Positions 20,382-30,575 of a DNA stretch of 64,000 nt are shown here, in pieces. The stretch is taken from positions 1,216,001-1,280,000 of the forward strand of contig CAWGXH010000004.1 in the NCBI GenBank assembly GCA_963826525.1. Reading direction: 5' to 3'. A program made the position numbers and the translations under genes. Each line of letters starts with the position of its first letter. Positions within the stretch are counted from its first letter, which is position 1. The DNA is from an uncultured Methanomicrobiaceae archaeon (GTDB taxonomy: Archaea; Halobacteriota; Methanomicrobia; Methanomicrobiales; Methanoculleaceae). The notes beneath the pieces are model-generated. The model saw only the letters and a list, made by a program, of their open reading frames with translations, had not been told where the DNA came from and ran no database searches.

Positions 20382-20702
20382 CATGCCCCGGATACGGTCA
20401 TATCCCGGTAGGGGGTTTCCGACTGCCGTTTCCCGTATGGGAACAAGGTTACGACCCCCTGCAAAATCCGGTAACCGTCCCCGATGCTCTCCCCCTCTCT
20501 TCGATCGACGGAGGGAGTACTCCTGAACTATCCGTCCCCTGTCCGGCTCTCACCTCCGGCCGGAGGAGAGTGCAACGGACTCGTCAGATGATGCTGAAAA
20601 CCGCTCAGGAGGATGGCGGGCGATGCACAGAAGAAACTATACCTCGGTAATATAGAAGAAAAAGAAAGGATTCACCCGGGTTCCCGGGCGTTCCCGTGCG
20701 GA

Positions 20703-21008
20703 TTAATTGATATTGTCCAAACTGTACCCCTTCTGGGCAAGCAATGCCTTGACCCGCTCACGATGGTTACCCTGCAGCTCGATGCTACTGTTCTTTACGG
20801 TACCGCCGCAGGCCAGTTTTGCCTTTAAAAATTTCGTGAGCTCCTCAAGGTCGATATCGTAGGGATCGAGGCCCTCTATGACCGTCACCTCTTTCCCATA
20901 CCGGCGTCTGTTTATCTTTACGCTGATTCTCTGTTGTTCTTTTGCAACTTCCTCGCAGATACACAGTTCTTTTGGCAGTCCGCATTTCGGACATATCCCA
21001 CCATTCAT
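20703..21008 (-). CDS. Translation initiation factor aIF1 (SUI1 family)
   Basis: [33 protein letters not shown] and IELQGNH. Confidence 0.95.
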   Translation of the reverse strand: MNGGICPKCGLPKELCICEEVAKEQQRISVKINRRRYGKEVTVIEGLDPYDIDLEELTKFLKAKLACGGTVKNSSIELQGNHRERVKALLAQKGYSLDNIN

Positions 21009-21051
21009 TACATTGTACCTTTCAGCTCTCGTTATATATGTCTTGGCATGC

Positions 21052-22695
21052 TCATGTGTCGATACTGCACACAGGGCACCCGTACGCGAGAACCTGATCC
21101 CTGCGGCTGTTATACCGGTAGATCGTGATCCCCTTGCACCGGAGATCCCGTGCCAGATCGAATACTCTGGAGATATCGTCCACCGTCGATGCTTCCGGCA
21201 TATTCACGGTCTTTGAGACGGCGTTGTCCACATGTTTCTGGAACGCGGCCTGGATGCGCACGTGGTGCTCCGGAGGTATCTCCATCGCCGTCCGGAAGAG
21301 CTCCTGGAGCTCCGCATCGAGGGGAAGATCCCGGACGCTGCCGGTCTTCCTGATATGTGCCGCAACATCCCGTCCTGCCGCCTGTTCCGGCAAAAACTCA
21401 GCCGCAAGCGGGCTTATGACCTCTACCGCCTCCCCGGCAAGACGCCGTGTATGGGCGAGGGAGAAGATCGGTTCTATCCCGCTTGTGGTGTCTGCGATGA
21501 TGTGGAGCGACCCTGTCGGGGCAATGGTGGTGACGGTCGCGTTCCGCATCGGCCCGGCAAAGACGCTCCCGTCGATGGCCGGAAAGGATCCTTTCCGCTC
21601 TCCGAGTTCGGATGAGGCCGCTTTCGCCTCCGATGCGATGAACGCCATCACCTGCCCGGCAACGGCGACTGCCTCCCGTGATGCGTAGGGTATGCCGAGC
21701 CTGATCAGCGCTTCGGCAAATCCCATCACCCCAAGGCCGATCTTCCTCGTCAAAAGCGACGCCTCGCGGATCTCCGGCAGCGGGAAACGAGTGGCATCTA
21801 TCACCGCATCGAGAAACATCACCGACCGATGGACGACCGCCTTCAGCAGTTCCTCGTCGAGCTCGCCTCCCCTGACCATGCGGGCAAGATTGATGCTCCC
21901 GAGGTTGCAGCTCTCGTGGGGGTAGAGCGGCTGTTCCCCGCAGGGGTTTGTAGCCTCGAGGAGACCAAGTCCCGGGGTCGTGTTTCTCCTGTTGATCTCA
22001 TCGAGGAAGAGCATCCCGGGGTCGCCCGTTGCCCACGCCGCAGCGGCTACCCCCCGCCAGAGTTCGTCCGGGGCAACGGTTCTCCAGACGCTCCCGTCGC
22101 GGGGATTCATGAGGTCGTACTCCCGGCCGCTCTCCCGGCAGTGAAAGAACCGGGCGTCAAAGCCCACCGAGATATTGAAGTTCCGAAACCCGCCGTCACG
22201 TTTGCAGTCGATGAATCGCTCGATATCGGGATGGGAGCTTGCCAGCACCCCCATGTTCGCACCCATGCGCCGCCCTCCCTGCTTTACCGTCTCGGTTGCG
22301 GTATCGAATACGTGCATGAACGAGACCGGCCCGCTCGCGACACCACCCTCCCCGCCGACGGTGTCGCCCGCCGGCCTGATGCGGCTGAATGAAAACCCGG
22401 TACCTCCCCCGGACTTGTGAATCAGCGCCATATGGGTGAGAGAGGTGAAGATCCCTTCGAGCGTATCCTCGATCGGCAGCACGAAACAGGCCGAGAGCTG
22501 CCCGGAGGGTGTGCCGGCGTTCATCAGGGTCGGCGAGTTCGGGAGAAAGAGCAACCGGCTCATGATCGTCGCGTACTCCTGCGCCCTCGTCCCGCCGACG
22601 GCGCCGGCGACGCGCCGGAAGAGATCGGCGACCGTCTCACCGGGCAGGAGATACCGGCTCTCGAGGAGACGACGTGCCGCCCCGGAGATCTGCAT
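21052..22695 (-). CDS. nrdJ: Adenosylcobalamin-dependent (class II) ribonucleotide reductase, short form
   Basis: [46 protein letters not shown] and KGITIYR. Confidence 0.93.
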   Translation of the reverse strand: MQISGAARRLLESRYLLPGETVADLFRRVAGAVGGTRAQEYATIMSRLLFLPNSPTLMNAGTPSGQLSACFVLPIEDTLEGIFTSLTHMALIHKSGGGTGFSFSRIRPAGDTVGGEGGVASGPVSFMHVFDTATETVKQGGRRMGANMGVLASSHPDIERFIDCKRDGGFRNFNISVGFDARFFHCRESGREYDLMNPRDGSVWRTVAPDELWRGVAAAAWATGDPGMLFLDEINRRNTTPGLGLLEATNPCGEQPLYPHESCNLGSINLARMVRGGELDEELLKAVVHRSVMFLDAVIDATRFPLPEIREASLLTRKIGLGVMGFAEALIRLGIPYASREAVAVAGQVMAFIASEAKAASSELGERKGSFPAIDGSVFAGPMRNATVTTIAPTGSLHIIADTTSGIEPIFSLAHTRRLAGEAVEVISPLAAEFLPEQAAGRDVAAHIRKTGSVRDLPLDAELQELFRTAMEIPPEHHVRIQAAFQKHVDNAVSKTVNMPEASTVDDISRVFDLARDLRCKGITIYRYNSRRDQVLAYGCPVCSIDT

Positions 22696-22750
22696 ACGGT
22701 GCTACTGGAACGCTGCCCTTAATAAATCGTCGTGCCAAGTTAGTGATGAA

Positions 22751-24265
22751 ATGTCGTTAATCGTGCTCGGCACCGCATCGCACGTCGGAAAGAGCACCAC
22801 CGTGGCGGCGCTCTGCCGCGCCCTGAAGTATCGCGGCATCTCCGTGGCACCGTTCAAGTCGCAGAATATGAGTTTGAACTCCTTCGTGACCGCGGATGGG
22901 AGCGAGATCGGCATTGCCCAGGCGATGCAGGCATCGGCGGCCGGTCTCGAACCGGTGGCGGATATGAACCCGATCCTCTTAAAACCGAAAGGAGATCAGA
23001 TCTCGCAGATCGTCCTGCTCGGCAGGCCCTATAAGGACGTGCAGATCAGAGAGTACTACAGAGAGACCGACCAACTGCTCGATACCGCCGTGGCGGCTTT
23101 CCGCCGCCTGGAGGCCCGTCACGGCCATGTGGTGGTCGAGGGTGCCGGGGGCGCTGCAGAGGTGAACCTCTATGACCGGGACATCGCCAATATCCGTCTC
23201 GCCCGTGTGTTGCAGCTGCCGATTATCCTCGTCGCCGACATCGAGCGCGGCGGTGTCTTTGCACAGATCTACGGGACCCTTATGCTCCTCCCCGAGGATA
23301 TCCGGCAGTTCGTCGTCGGCATTGTCATCAATAAGTTCCGGGGCGACCCGAAGCTCTTTGCGGCGGGTGTTACGGAGATCGAGAGGCTCTGTGGCATCCC
23401 GGTGCTCGGTGTCGTGCCGTATGCCGCGATGGATCTCCCGAGCGAGGACTCGCTCTCGCTTGGGGACAAGCAGCGGCGAAGCGATCGCACTGTCAGGATT
23501 GCCGTCATCAGGCTGCCGAGGATAGCCAACTTCACCGATTTCGAACTCCTCGAGCAGCATGCGGCGGTTGACTACGTCCCACCCGGGGGGTTGCTTGACG
23601 GCTACGACTGCATCATCCTGCCGGGAACGAAGAATACCGTCGAGGATCTCGATGCCCTGAAACAGAGCGGTACCGCCGCCGAACTGGTGCGGATGCGGAA
23701 CGCCGGGGTTCCGATAATCGGTATCTGCGGCGGATACCAGATGCTCGGCACGCGGATCGAGGATGCAGGGGTGGAATCGGGGGTTCCCGGGACGTATGAT
23801 GGTCTCGGACTCCTCGATATCGCAACCGGGTTTGCCGGGTATCGCAAGACCACGGTGCAGGTCTGCCGGCGGGCGTGTCCTCTCGGCCCTATCCTCTCGG
23901 CAATGGGAGAGGTGAAAGGGTATGAGATCCATATGGGAGAGACGGAGCGGGGGTGCGTGGATGAAGCCTTCGAAGGCGACGGGGCAGCAAGCCCGGACGG
24001 TCTCCTCTTCGGCACCTACATGCACGGGCTCTTCCAGAACCCTTCGGCAGCGAACGCCCTTCTAGGGTTTTTGTACTCCCGGCAGGGGGAGATGTTCACC
24101 CCGATTGCCGGGTCTGCTTCGGAGATGAGCACTACTGCCGTCCGCGGAGCGTACGACGATCTCGCCCGGCACTTCGAGCGGCACGTGAATCTGGACTACA
24201 TCGTCTCTCTCTTCGGCGACCTGCAGGCTGGGCCGGTTGGAGATGTGACAACCCTTGAGGAATGA
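22751..24265 (+). CDS. cobQ: Cobyric acid synthase
   Basis: [42 protein letters not shown] and GTYMHG. Confidence 0.96.
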   Translation: MSLIVLGTASHVGKSTTVAALCRALKYRGISVAPFKSQNMSLNSFVTADGSEIGIAQAMQASAAGLEPVADMNPILLKPKGDQISQIVLLGRPYKDVQIREYYRETDQLLDTAVAAFRRLEARHGHVVVEGAGGAAEVNLYDRDIANIRLARVLQLPIILVADIERGGVFAQIYGTLMLLPEDIRQFVVGIVINKFRGDPKLFAAGVTEIERLCGIPVLGVVPYAAMDLPSEDSLSLGDKQRRSDRTVRIAVIRLPRIANFTDFELLEQHAAVDYVPPGGLLDGYDCIILPGTKNTVEDLDALKQSGTAAELVRMRNAGVPIIGICGGYQMLGTRIEDAGVESGVPGTYDGLGLLDIATGFAGYRKTTVQVCRRACPLGPILSAMGEVKGYEIHMGETERGCVDEAFEGDGAASPDGLLFGTYMHGLFQNPSAANALLGFLYSRQGEMFTPIAGSASEMSTTAVRGAYDDLARHFERHVNLDYIVSLFGDLQAGPVGDVTTLEE

Positions 24266-24268
24266 TAT

Positions 24269-24604
24269 ATGGTAATGAGATGTTCGTTTGCGCTGGACCC
24301 CGATCTGATGGAACAGATCGATCAATTTGCGAAAGAACGATCCCTGGAACGGAACGAAGCAATCCTTGACCTGATCGAGGCCGGCCTTGCACACTTTGAG
24401 AACGGTGAGGCCGTGACGGTGAAGCAGCAGCGTTCGTTCGAGGAGATCAACGCGCTCAAAAAGGATATGGAAGATGTAAAAAGTGTTCTCGACGAGCTCC
24501 GGAAGGAAGTGAGACTGGTTCATCACACCATCGAGACCGACTGGAATAACCAGGCAAAGGGAGTGCCGTTCCAGACGAAACACCCCTGGGAGTTCTGGAG
24601 ATAG
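24269..24604 (+). CDS. Ribbon-helix-helix (CopG-like) protein with coiled coil
   Basis: RCSFALDPDLMEQIDQFAKERSLERNEAILDLIEAGL fits the RHH pattern; followed by a heptad segment. Confidence 0.75.
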   Translation: MVMRCSFALDPDLMEQIDQFAKERSLERNEAILDLIEAGLAHFENGEAVTVKQQRSFEEINALKKDMEDVKSVLDELRKEVRLVHHTIETDWNNQAKGVPFQTKHPWEFWR

Positions 24605-24615
24605 GGTTTCTTTCG

Positions 24616-24885
24616 TCAGCTGATGATGTTCATGATGCTCCGGTATCCTTCGCCGGAGCGATCGTCGCAGACGACCGCCTCGACCGCATCGAGGTCGATC
24701 TCCTCTCCTCCCCGCTGCCGCGAGCAGTACGCCCGTGCGGGAGACGGCACCAGTCTGCCCCGCACCTGAAAGTGTGTCGAATGAGCGCAGAACCTGCACC
24801 GGTCGAGCGTTACGGCCTGCCCCGACGGGCATGCCACCCGCCCTCCGATGACCGGGATGAGCGTCCCGGCACTCTTCTCACTCAT
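24616..24885 (-). CDS. Small Cys-rich hypothetical protein
   Basis: MSEKSAGTLIPVIGGRVACP..CRFCAHS..YC..VVCDD; overlaps the stop of the YkgJ-like gene. Confidence 0.65.
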   Translation of the reverse strand: MSEKSAGTLIPVIGGRVACPSGQAVTLDRCRFCAHSTHFQVRGRLVPSPARAYCSRQRGGEEIDLDAVEAVVCDDRSGEGYRSIMNIIS

Positions 24886-25369
24886 AACTATCCGCCCGGT
24901 AGCCGCGATCGCGTAAGATCGCCCGCACCTGCTCTCGCCATGAGTCGTCATCGTCCGTGGCGATAGACGAAATCCCACTCTCCCAGCAGTCCCTGAGAGC
25001 GGCATCGCTGGTGGAGAGGCTTCGCCGCCCTTTGACGCTGCCGACCGCCCGGCCTTCCGCATCGTAGATCCGCATGGTGCAGCAGGTGAACGCCCGGCAG
25101 ATCTGCGGCCGGGAGGTATGGACGGTGCAGATGTACTCTTCCGTTCCGGCGACCGGGCGCAGGAAGGGGCACCATCGGGACGAAGGCGGCCGAAAGCCCT
25201 GGTCGCTATAGAGGTCGAAATGCTCCCCCTCTACTGCGGCGATGAACCGCTCGCCGGTGATCTTCATTCGGCAGGCGAAGTTTCTTCCGGAGAGGCGCTT
25301 TTCTATCTCGAGAAACTCCCCGGCGTTCATGCAGCACTTCCCGCAACGGGTGCACTCAAACGGGGTCAT
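24878..25369 (-). CDS. YkgJ family cysteine-cluster protein
   Basis: FECTRCGKCC...CPFL...CTVHTSRPQICRAF. Confidence 0.88.
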   Translation of the reverse strand: MTPFECTRCGKCCMNAGEFLEIEKRLSGRNFACRMKITGERFIAAVEGEHFDLYSDQGFRPPSSRWCPFLRPVAGTEEYICTVHTSRPQICRAFTCCTMRIYDAEGRAVGSVKGRRSLSTSDAALRDCWESGISSIATDDDDSWREQVRAILRDRGYRADSYE

Positions 25370-25468
25370 CGAGAGTAGCATAGGTTCTCGTGCTATGTCA
25401 ACCATTCGGGAATACTCTCCGAAACTCCCGTCAATAGGGTTAAATCCGTCTGCTGCCAATGGAGTGGC

Positions 25469-26647
25469 ATGAAGGTATGCATTATGTGCGGAGGCGAAGG
25501 GACCCGCCTTCGCCCCCTCACGTTCGGGCGTCCGAAGCCCTGTATTCCGATCGTCAACCAGCCTTCGATCCAGCACCTCGTATCCCACCTTGCGAATCTC
25601 GGGTTCAACGATGTGATGATCACCCTCGGGTACATGAGCACGGCGATCGAAGAGTCGCTCGGAGACGGTTCGCTCTTTGGCGCGAACATCACCTACGTCC
25701 CTGAGAAGACCAAGCTCGGTACTGCGGGCAGCGTCAAGAATGCACAGGAGTATCTGGACGGCCAGCCGTTCCTCGTCGTCGGCGGCGATCATGTCATCAA
25801 TCTGAATCTGCTCGAATTTTATCGGGAGCACCTCAATAACGACTCGATATCGACCATCGGGCTCATCAGCATCGACGATCCCACCGAGTACGGGATTGCG
25901 GAGATCGATGCCGACTATACCATCAAACGGTTCAAGGAAAAGCCCGGACCCGGCGAGATCTTCTCAAACCTTGCCAGCACCGGTATGTACGTCTGTGATC
26001 CGGAGATCTTCGATTTCATCCCTGCCGGGGAGAAGTACGACTTTGCGCGACACCTCTTCCCCGCTCTGATGGAGAAGGGATACACGCTGAAAGCCTGGCT
26101 TGCACGCGGCAACTGGTCGGACGTCGGCAATCCCCGCTCGTTGCGGCAGGCGGAGCGGTGGAAACTGCAGGAGATCGCGTATACGAGCATCAGCGGCGAT
26201 CTGGTCGTCAAGGGCGCCAAGATTGCCGGGCCCGTGCAGATGGGCGGTTCGGTCTCGCTCTCTACGAACTCCCGGATCATAGGGCCGGTCTCCATCGGCG
26301 CCGGGACGATCGTCGAGGAGAATGTCATCATCGGTCCGTATACGAGTATCGGGGAGGGGTGTATCATCAAGAGCAACGCGAAGATCTTCTCGTCCTCGAT
26401 CTACAACCGGGTCGTCGTCGGCCGGAACTCCACAATCAGCGGCAGCATTCTCGATAACGGTACCTTCATCGGCGACGGCTGCAATATCGAGAACGACACC
26501 GTCATAGGGCCGAAAGTCGTCCTTAAGGATAACGTGGTCGTTCACTCGGGAACAAGGCTCTGGCCGGAGGTCACCATCCCGGAGGGCACTATCGTGAAGG
26601 AACACGTTCTGAACGATGCGTTCGATACCAGGATCGAAGGGTCCTAA
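25469..26647 (+). CDS. Sugar-phosphate nucleotidyltransferase with left-handed beta-helix
   Basis: GGEGTRLRPLT..RPKP, LGTAGS, FKEKP and hexapeptide repeats. Confidence 0.93.
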   Translation: MKVCIMCGGEGTRLRPLTFGRPKPCIPIVNQPSIQHLVSHLANLGFNDVMITLGYMSTAIEESLGDGSLFGANITYVPEKTKLGTAGSVKNAQEYLDGQPFLVVGGDHVINLNLLEFYREHLNNDSISTIGLISIDDPTEYGIAEIDADYTIKRFKEKPGPGEIFSNLASTGMYVCDPEIFDFIPAGEKYDFARHLFPALMEKGYTLKAWLARGNWSDVGNPRSLRQAERWKLQEIAYTSISGDLVVKGAKIAGPVQMGGSVSLSTNSRIIGPVSIGAGTIVEENVIIGPYTSIGEGCIIKSNAKIFSSSIYNRVVVGRNSTISGSILDNGTFIGDGCNIENDTVIGPKVVLKDNVVVHSGTRLWPEVTIPEGTIVKEHVLNDAFDTRIEGS

Positions 26648-27432
26648 CCGTGCCGGACGAGCCGGTGCGTGAGTGCGACGAGCGGATGGCGGGCGTAATC
26701 CATGACCTTGATATCGTCGAGCGTCTTTAAGTTCAGCGTTCGTGCGGTCCGCTCCATGCCGAGCTCGATGTCGGCGGTAATCTCAATGATATAGGCGTCG
26801 AGGCTCTTGATCCCGAGCCTCTTTGCCGCGATGGCCCGGTGGTGGCCGTCGACCAGGATCAAGCGGCCCGGGCGCCTGACGACGATCACCGGTTCGGCAA
26901 GCCCCTTCTTAATCTCGTACATCCTTCCTTCGAGTTCGTCCTCGTAGATCTTCGACTGTGTGGGGAGGAGCGCGTTCGTCGGAACCGGGCCCCGTTTCAG
27001 CGTCGGTTCGATGTCGTAGAGTTTCTTTAACGTCTCGATGAACTTGAAGACCTTCTCGGGAGATACGTGTTCTATCTGGGAGCGAATGACGTCCGCATTC
27101 GATATGATCCCGATCAGTTTGTTGTCCTCGTTGACTACGGGGAGTTTCTGAATGCCCGACCGGAAGATGACTCTGGCTGCATCGTTGATGCTCATATCGG
27201 GGTCGGCGACGATGAGATGGCGGGACATAACCTGCTCGACAGGGGTGGACGGATGCGCAAAAAGGAGATCGCGGGCTGCTATATAGCCGACTACTTCTTT
27301 GCCCCCGATGACGGGAAAACCATCATGGTGCGTCTTTCTTATTGTCTCGATAACGTCTTTCACCGTGCCGTGAACGTCGACGGTGACGACATCATAGGTC
27401 ATGTAGTCTTTGACCTTCTTTTTGTCCATCAT
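26644..27432 (-). CDS. CBS-pair plus ParB/Srx-domain protein
   Basis: Tandem CBS domains (KVKDYMT..., IQKLPVV) followed by LLPTQ...LVDGHHRAIAA. Confidence 0.9.
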   Translation of the reverse strand: MMDKKKVKDYMTYDVVTVDVHGTVKDVIETIRKTHHDGFPVIGGKEVVGYIAARDLLFAHPSTPVEQVMSRHLIVADPDMSINDAARVIFRSGIQKLPVVNEDNKLIGIISNADVIRSQIEHVSPEKVFKFIETLKKLYDIEPTLKRGPVPTNALLPTQSKIYEDELEGRMYEIKKGLAEPVIVVRRPGRLILVDGHHRAIAAKRLGIKSLDAYIIEITADIELGMERTARTLNLKTLDDIKVMDYARHPLVALTHRLVRHG

Positions 27433-27499
27433 GAATATGTCACATTGCCGGAACATGAATTATTCGGTCGGAAATCAATGAAGAATCGTGGAAAAAAGG

Positions 27500-27973
27500 T
27501 TACTCTATTGGAATTGATGTCCCGACTTCGGTCGGTGCCTTCTTCATGCGGACTTCAAGAACGCCGTTCTTGAAACTGGCGGCGGAGTTCTGATCGGTCA
27601 CTTCGACAGGCAGCACGACCATGCGGCTCATCGTGCCGTAGGTGCGTTCCCGGACATAGAAGTCCTCAACGTGCTCCTCGGTCGCACCGCTGCGCACGCT
27701 TGAGATCTCGAGGTGGTGGGGGTCGAGGAGGCGGACGTTGACATTCTCTTTCTCAACGCCCGGAAGATCTGCAACGATGATAACCTCGCCCTCATGGTCG
27801 CGGACATCAACCCGGAAGTCGGCGCGGATCGATGGCATCATCCGGCCGCGAACCTCCTCTCCCCGTGAGCCGATGCCGCCGAGCATTGACTGGAACCTGC
27901 TCTCCATCTCTGCCATGAGGTCATCAAAATCCTGCCATACCGAGCGATATGGTCGCTTTTCAGTTCCTGCCAT
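27500..27973 (-). CDS. Small heat-shock protein (Hsp20)
   Basis: ADLPGVEKE, ERTYG, ASFKNGVLEV and a C-terminal IPIE motif. Confidence 0.95.
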   Translation of the reverse strand: MAGTEKRPYRSVWQDFDDLMAEMESRFQSMLGGIGSRGEEVRGRMMPSIRADFRVDVRDHEGEVIIVADLPGVEKENVNVRLLDPHHLEISSVRSGATEEHVEDFYVRERTYGTMSRMVVLPVEVTDQNSAASFKNGVLEVRMKKAPTEVGTSIPIE

Positions 27974-28131
27974 TGATTCCACTTCCTTTTACCGTTTGAT
28001 TGCCTGAAACGGCCTTTGCGCCAGGCCTCACTTTAAGGTAGTGTTGAATCTATATATATCTTCTCCCGGTGCTGATCGCCTCCCGCAAGAACGATACTAT
28101 TTTATTTCACCACACGCCGATTGTACTCACG

Positions 28132-28827
28132 ATGACAAAAACCCAGAAGAACGGCTCCAAGAAAGACGAGAAAAACTGGTACAAACTGGTCTTTGTCGGT
28201 GTCGCCGTCATGTTCGCGGCCGCGATGGTGCTCACGTACATGACCCCGATCTTCACCTCGGCCCGCACGATGCAGCCCGGGGATACTGCTCTGATCGCCT
28301 ATACCGTACGCGATGTGGCGGGGCAGCCCATCCTCACCACCGATCAGCAGCTCGTGCAGAGTGAGTATGAAAAGGGAAGGATCGTCATCCTGACGGGCGG
28401 GATGGAGATCCCGGCAGGCATGGCCGTCTCCGGCGAGAATGTCGCACCGGTGCCGATCTACTATCCACAGATCTCCGGATTCTCCGGGTTCGGGCTTCTC
28501 GGATTCGAGACGAATGCAGTATCGGCAGGGCTCGTCGGCATGCGCCCAGGCGAGGTGAAGAGCGTTACGTTCGACTATGGAGAGAACGACCTGATGATGA
28601 ATTTCAGCGGTGAGGATGCGAACGAGTTTGGGATTGACTTTGCGAACGCGACCGTAGGCGACACGTTCACGATCGGCATGACCGCGACCCCGGATCTCTC
28701 CCTCGAGGAGAACTCGACCGTGACGGCTGCGCTCAGAATCGCCAAGGTCGTCGAGAAGACACCTGATCAGCTGGTCATTCAATACCGCTACGGTAGTGCG
28801 GATATCATCCTCCAGCAGATCTCCTGA
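28132..28827 (+). CDS. Membrane-anchored FKBP-like protein
   Basis: N-terminal TM helix, QPGDTALIAYT and GLVGMRPGEVKSV. Confidence 0.65.
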   Translation: MTKTQKNGSKKDEKNWYKLVFVGVAVMFAAAMVLTYMTPIFTSARTMQPGDTALIAYTVRDVAGQPILTTDQQLVQSEYEKGRIVILTGGMEIPAGMAVSGENVAPVPIYYPQISGFSGFGLLGFETNAVSAGLVGMRPGEVKSVTFDYGENDLMMNFSGEDANEFGIDFANATVGDTFTIGMTATPDLSLEENSTVTAALRIAKVVEKTPDQLVIQYRYGSADIILQQIS

Positions 28828-28884
28828 AGAGAGAGACTCCCCTACCGGAGTTTTTTTATAATCATTTCTCGAGCTCTTCCGTCT

Positions 28885-29151
28885 ATGGCAGTACCAGTAC
28901 TCAGCTTTTTCCAGGACGGGTGCATGGCCTGCGGCGAGCAGGAACCGATCCTCCAGGAGGTTAAAGCCGATCTCGGTATCGGGATCGAGGAGATCAATGC
29001 CGTCAAACAGCCGCAGTTTATCAAGGAGTACAATCTCCGGGTGACGCCGACGACTCTCGTGGTCGTGGACGGAGATGTAAAAGAGCGAATGGAAGGGCTC
29101 GTCCACCGTGAGGACCTGGAGACGGCGATAAAAAAGCATCTGCAGGAGTGA
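28885..29151 (+). CDS. Thioredoxin family protein
   Basis: CMAC active-site motif and VTPT. Confidence 0.9.
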   Translation: MAVPVLSFFQDGCMACGEQEPILQEVKADLGIGIEEINAVKQPQFIKEYNLRVTPTTLVVVDGDVKERMEGLVHREDLETAIKKHLQE

Positions 29152-29291
29152 CGGCCCGGCGCACGGTATGCCCGGTGGGAGCCTTGTAAAAGAGCCGGGT
29201 CATGGGAACTGCGAGGAACCCCCCCGGCAGGAGGGTCATTTTTGAGGTGGCGCTCCTCTCCCACCGTAGAGGCTCCTCCGGTACGGGCTGG

Positions 29292-29865
29292 TTATACCCG
29301 GTAGGCGTATATCCTTTTAATCCTCCGTGCAAATGCTTTCCAGCCCTCTTTTCGCATAACCTGGCCTTCACGGAGTTTGATGTGGGATATCCGGAACCTG
29401 GTTCCGCCCATGGTGTAGACCTCGCCCACCACAAACATCTCCTCCCCTTCGACGGGTTTGTAGATTGGCTTTGTCGTCCGGCCGCTGTGAACCGAGACCT
29501 TCACCACCACCGTTTCGACCGCCCTCGTCCAGAGCGTAGTGACGTCGGAGGCTACTGCATGCTCAACCCGGCGGTCGCCGCTCTCGATACTGGTGATCTC
29601 GACCCCGAGCGCCTCGTCGCCGCACTCCGCGACGATCAGATCGCCTACCGCGCAGTAGTCATCGCTCGCCATCTCGACGACACAAACCGTCGATTCGGTC
29701 TCGCGGCTCACGATCGTCCTGATGGAGAGCAGCTGTGGGGCGGGCGGCTTCTGGACGTGGTGTACGTGCCCGCATTCGGAACACTGGACAAGCAGATCGG
29801 TGGATTCTTTGAGTACCTGGTGAGGTACACTCCTCATCGCAGGTCGGGCAATGGGTACCGATCAT
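29292..29865 (-). CDS. HVO_0476-family zinc-finger protein (+1 frameshift near 29829)
   Basis: MIGTHCPTCDEE-VPHQVLK...VQCSECGHVH...IKRIYA. Confidence 0.8.
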
Positions 29866-29898
29866 TGATTAGCAATGGACACCCTCTCCTTATAAATC

Positions 29899-30345
29899 AT
29901 GAAGGCCAGAGATGTCGTACGGTCTCGCGGGCACCCGCTCGTGCAGGGACTGCACAAGACGACCTTCGAGGTGACCCGCGAATGCGAGCTGACTCTTGCC
30001 GGGGACTGTATCATCGGTGTCTGCGCCGACAAGGGCGCTTCCGATCTCTCCGCTCCGTTCAAACGCATGCTCTCCGATGATAGGGCGGTTCTTCTTACCC
30101 GATTGACCGCCGGCACCGAGTCGGTTGAGGTTTATTCACGGGGCAGCTCGCAGTTTACACTGGATCATCCGACCGATCTCGTCTGGAGAAGGAGTGGATT
30201 TGTCTGCGGGAGAACGGTCGGCATCTACTCCGATTACGTAGCCCGCGCCTTGCCCCGACCCCTGATCGGCCTGCTCCGGCAGGGTGACGACCTGGTTGTA
30301 GAGATGATCGTAGAGATTCCGGACACACCGGAAGGATCCTGCTGA
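29899..30345 (+). CDS. DUF371 family protein
   Basis: RGHPLVQGLHKTTFEVT, GDCIIGV.ADK and DLVWRRS. Confidence 0.88.
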   Translation: MKARDVVRSRGHPLVQGLHKTTFEVTRECELTLAGDCIIGVCADKGASDLSAPFKRMLSDDRAVLLTRLTAGTESVEVYSRGSSQFTLDHPTDLVWRRSGFVCGRTVGIYSDYVARALPRPLIGLLRQGDDLVVEMIVEIPDTPEGSC

Positions 30346-30575
30346 ACAGGAGTATCCGAACGCCGAATCCGCCTCTCCCATAGATACATTTATCGTTCAA
30401 AACAGCCCTTCAGCGCGTGAAAAGACGCCTGTCCTGGTACTCTCACTCGAATACGGTCTCTGAACGCTGCGGAAATCCAGTGTCCGAACTTCGGTGAAGA
30501 GGCCGGGTACCTGCACCATGCTGCTGGAGACCCGGAAAAACAGGAGAGGGCTTTTGCGAGGGATGTGAGCGAGGG

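Noticed and set aside
22436-22750. N-terminal extension of CobQ
   Set aside because: It is antisense to nrdJ. CobQ motifs begin at ATG 22751.
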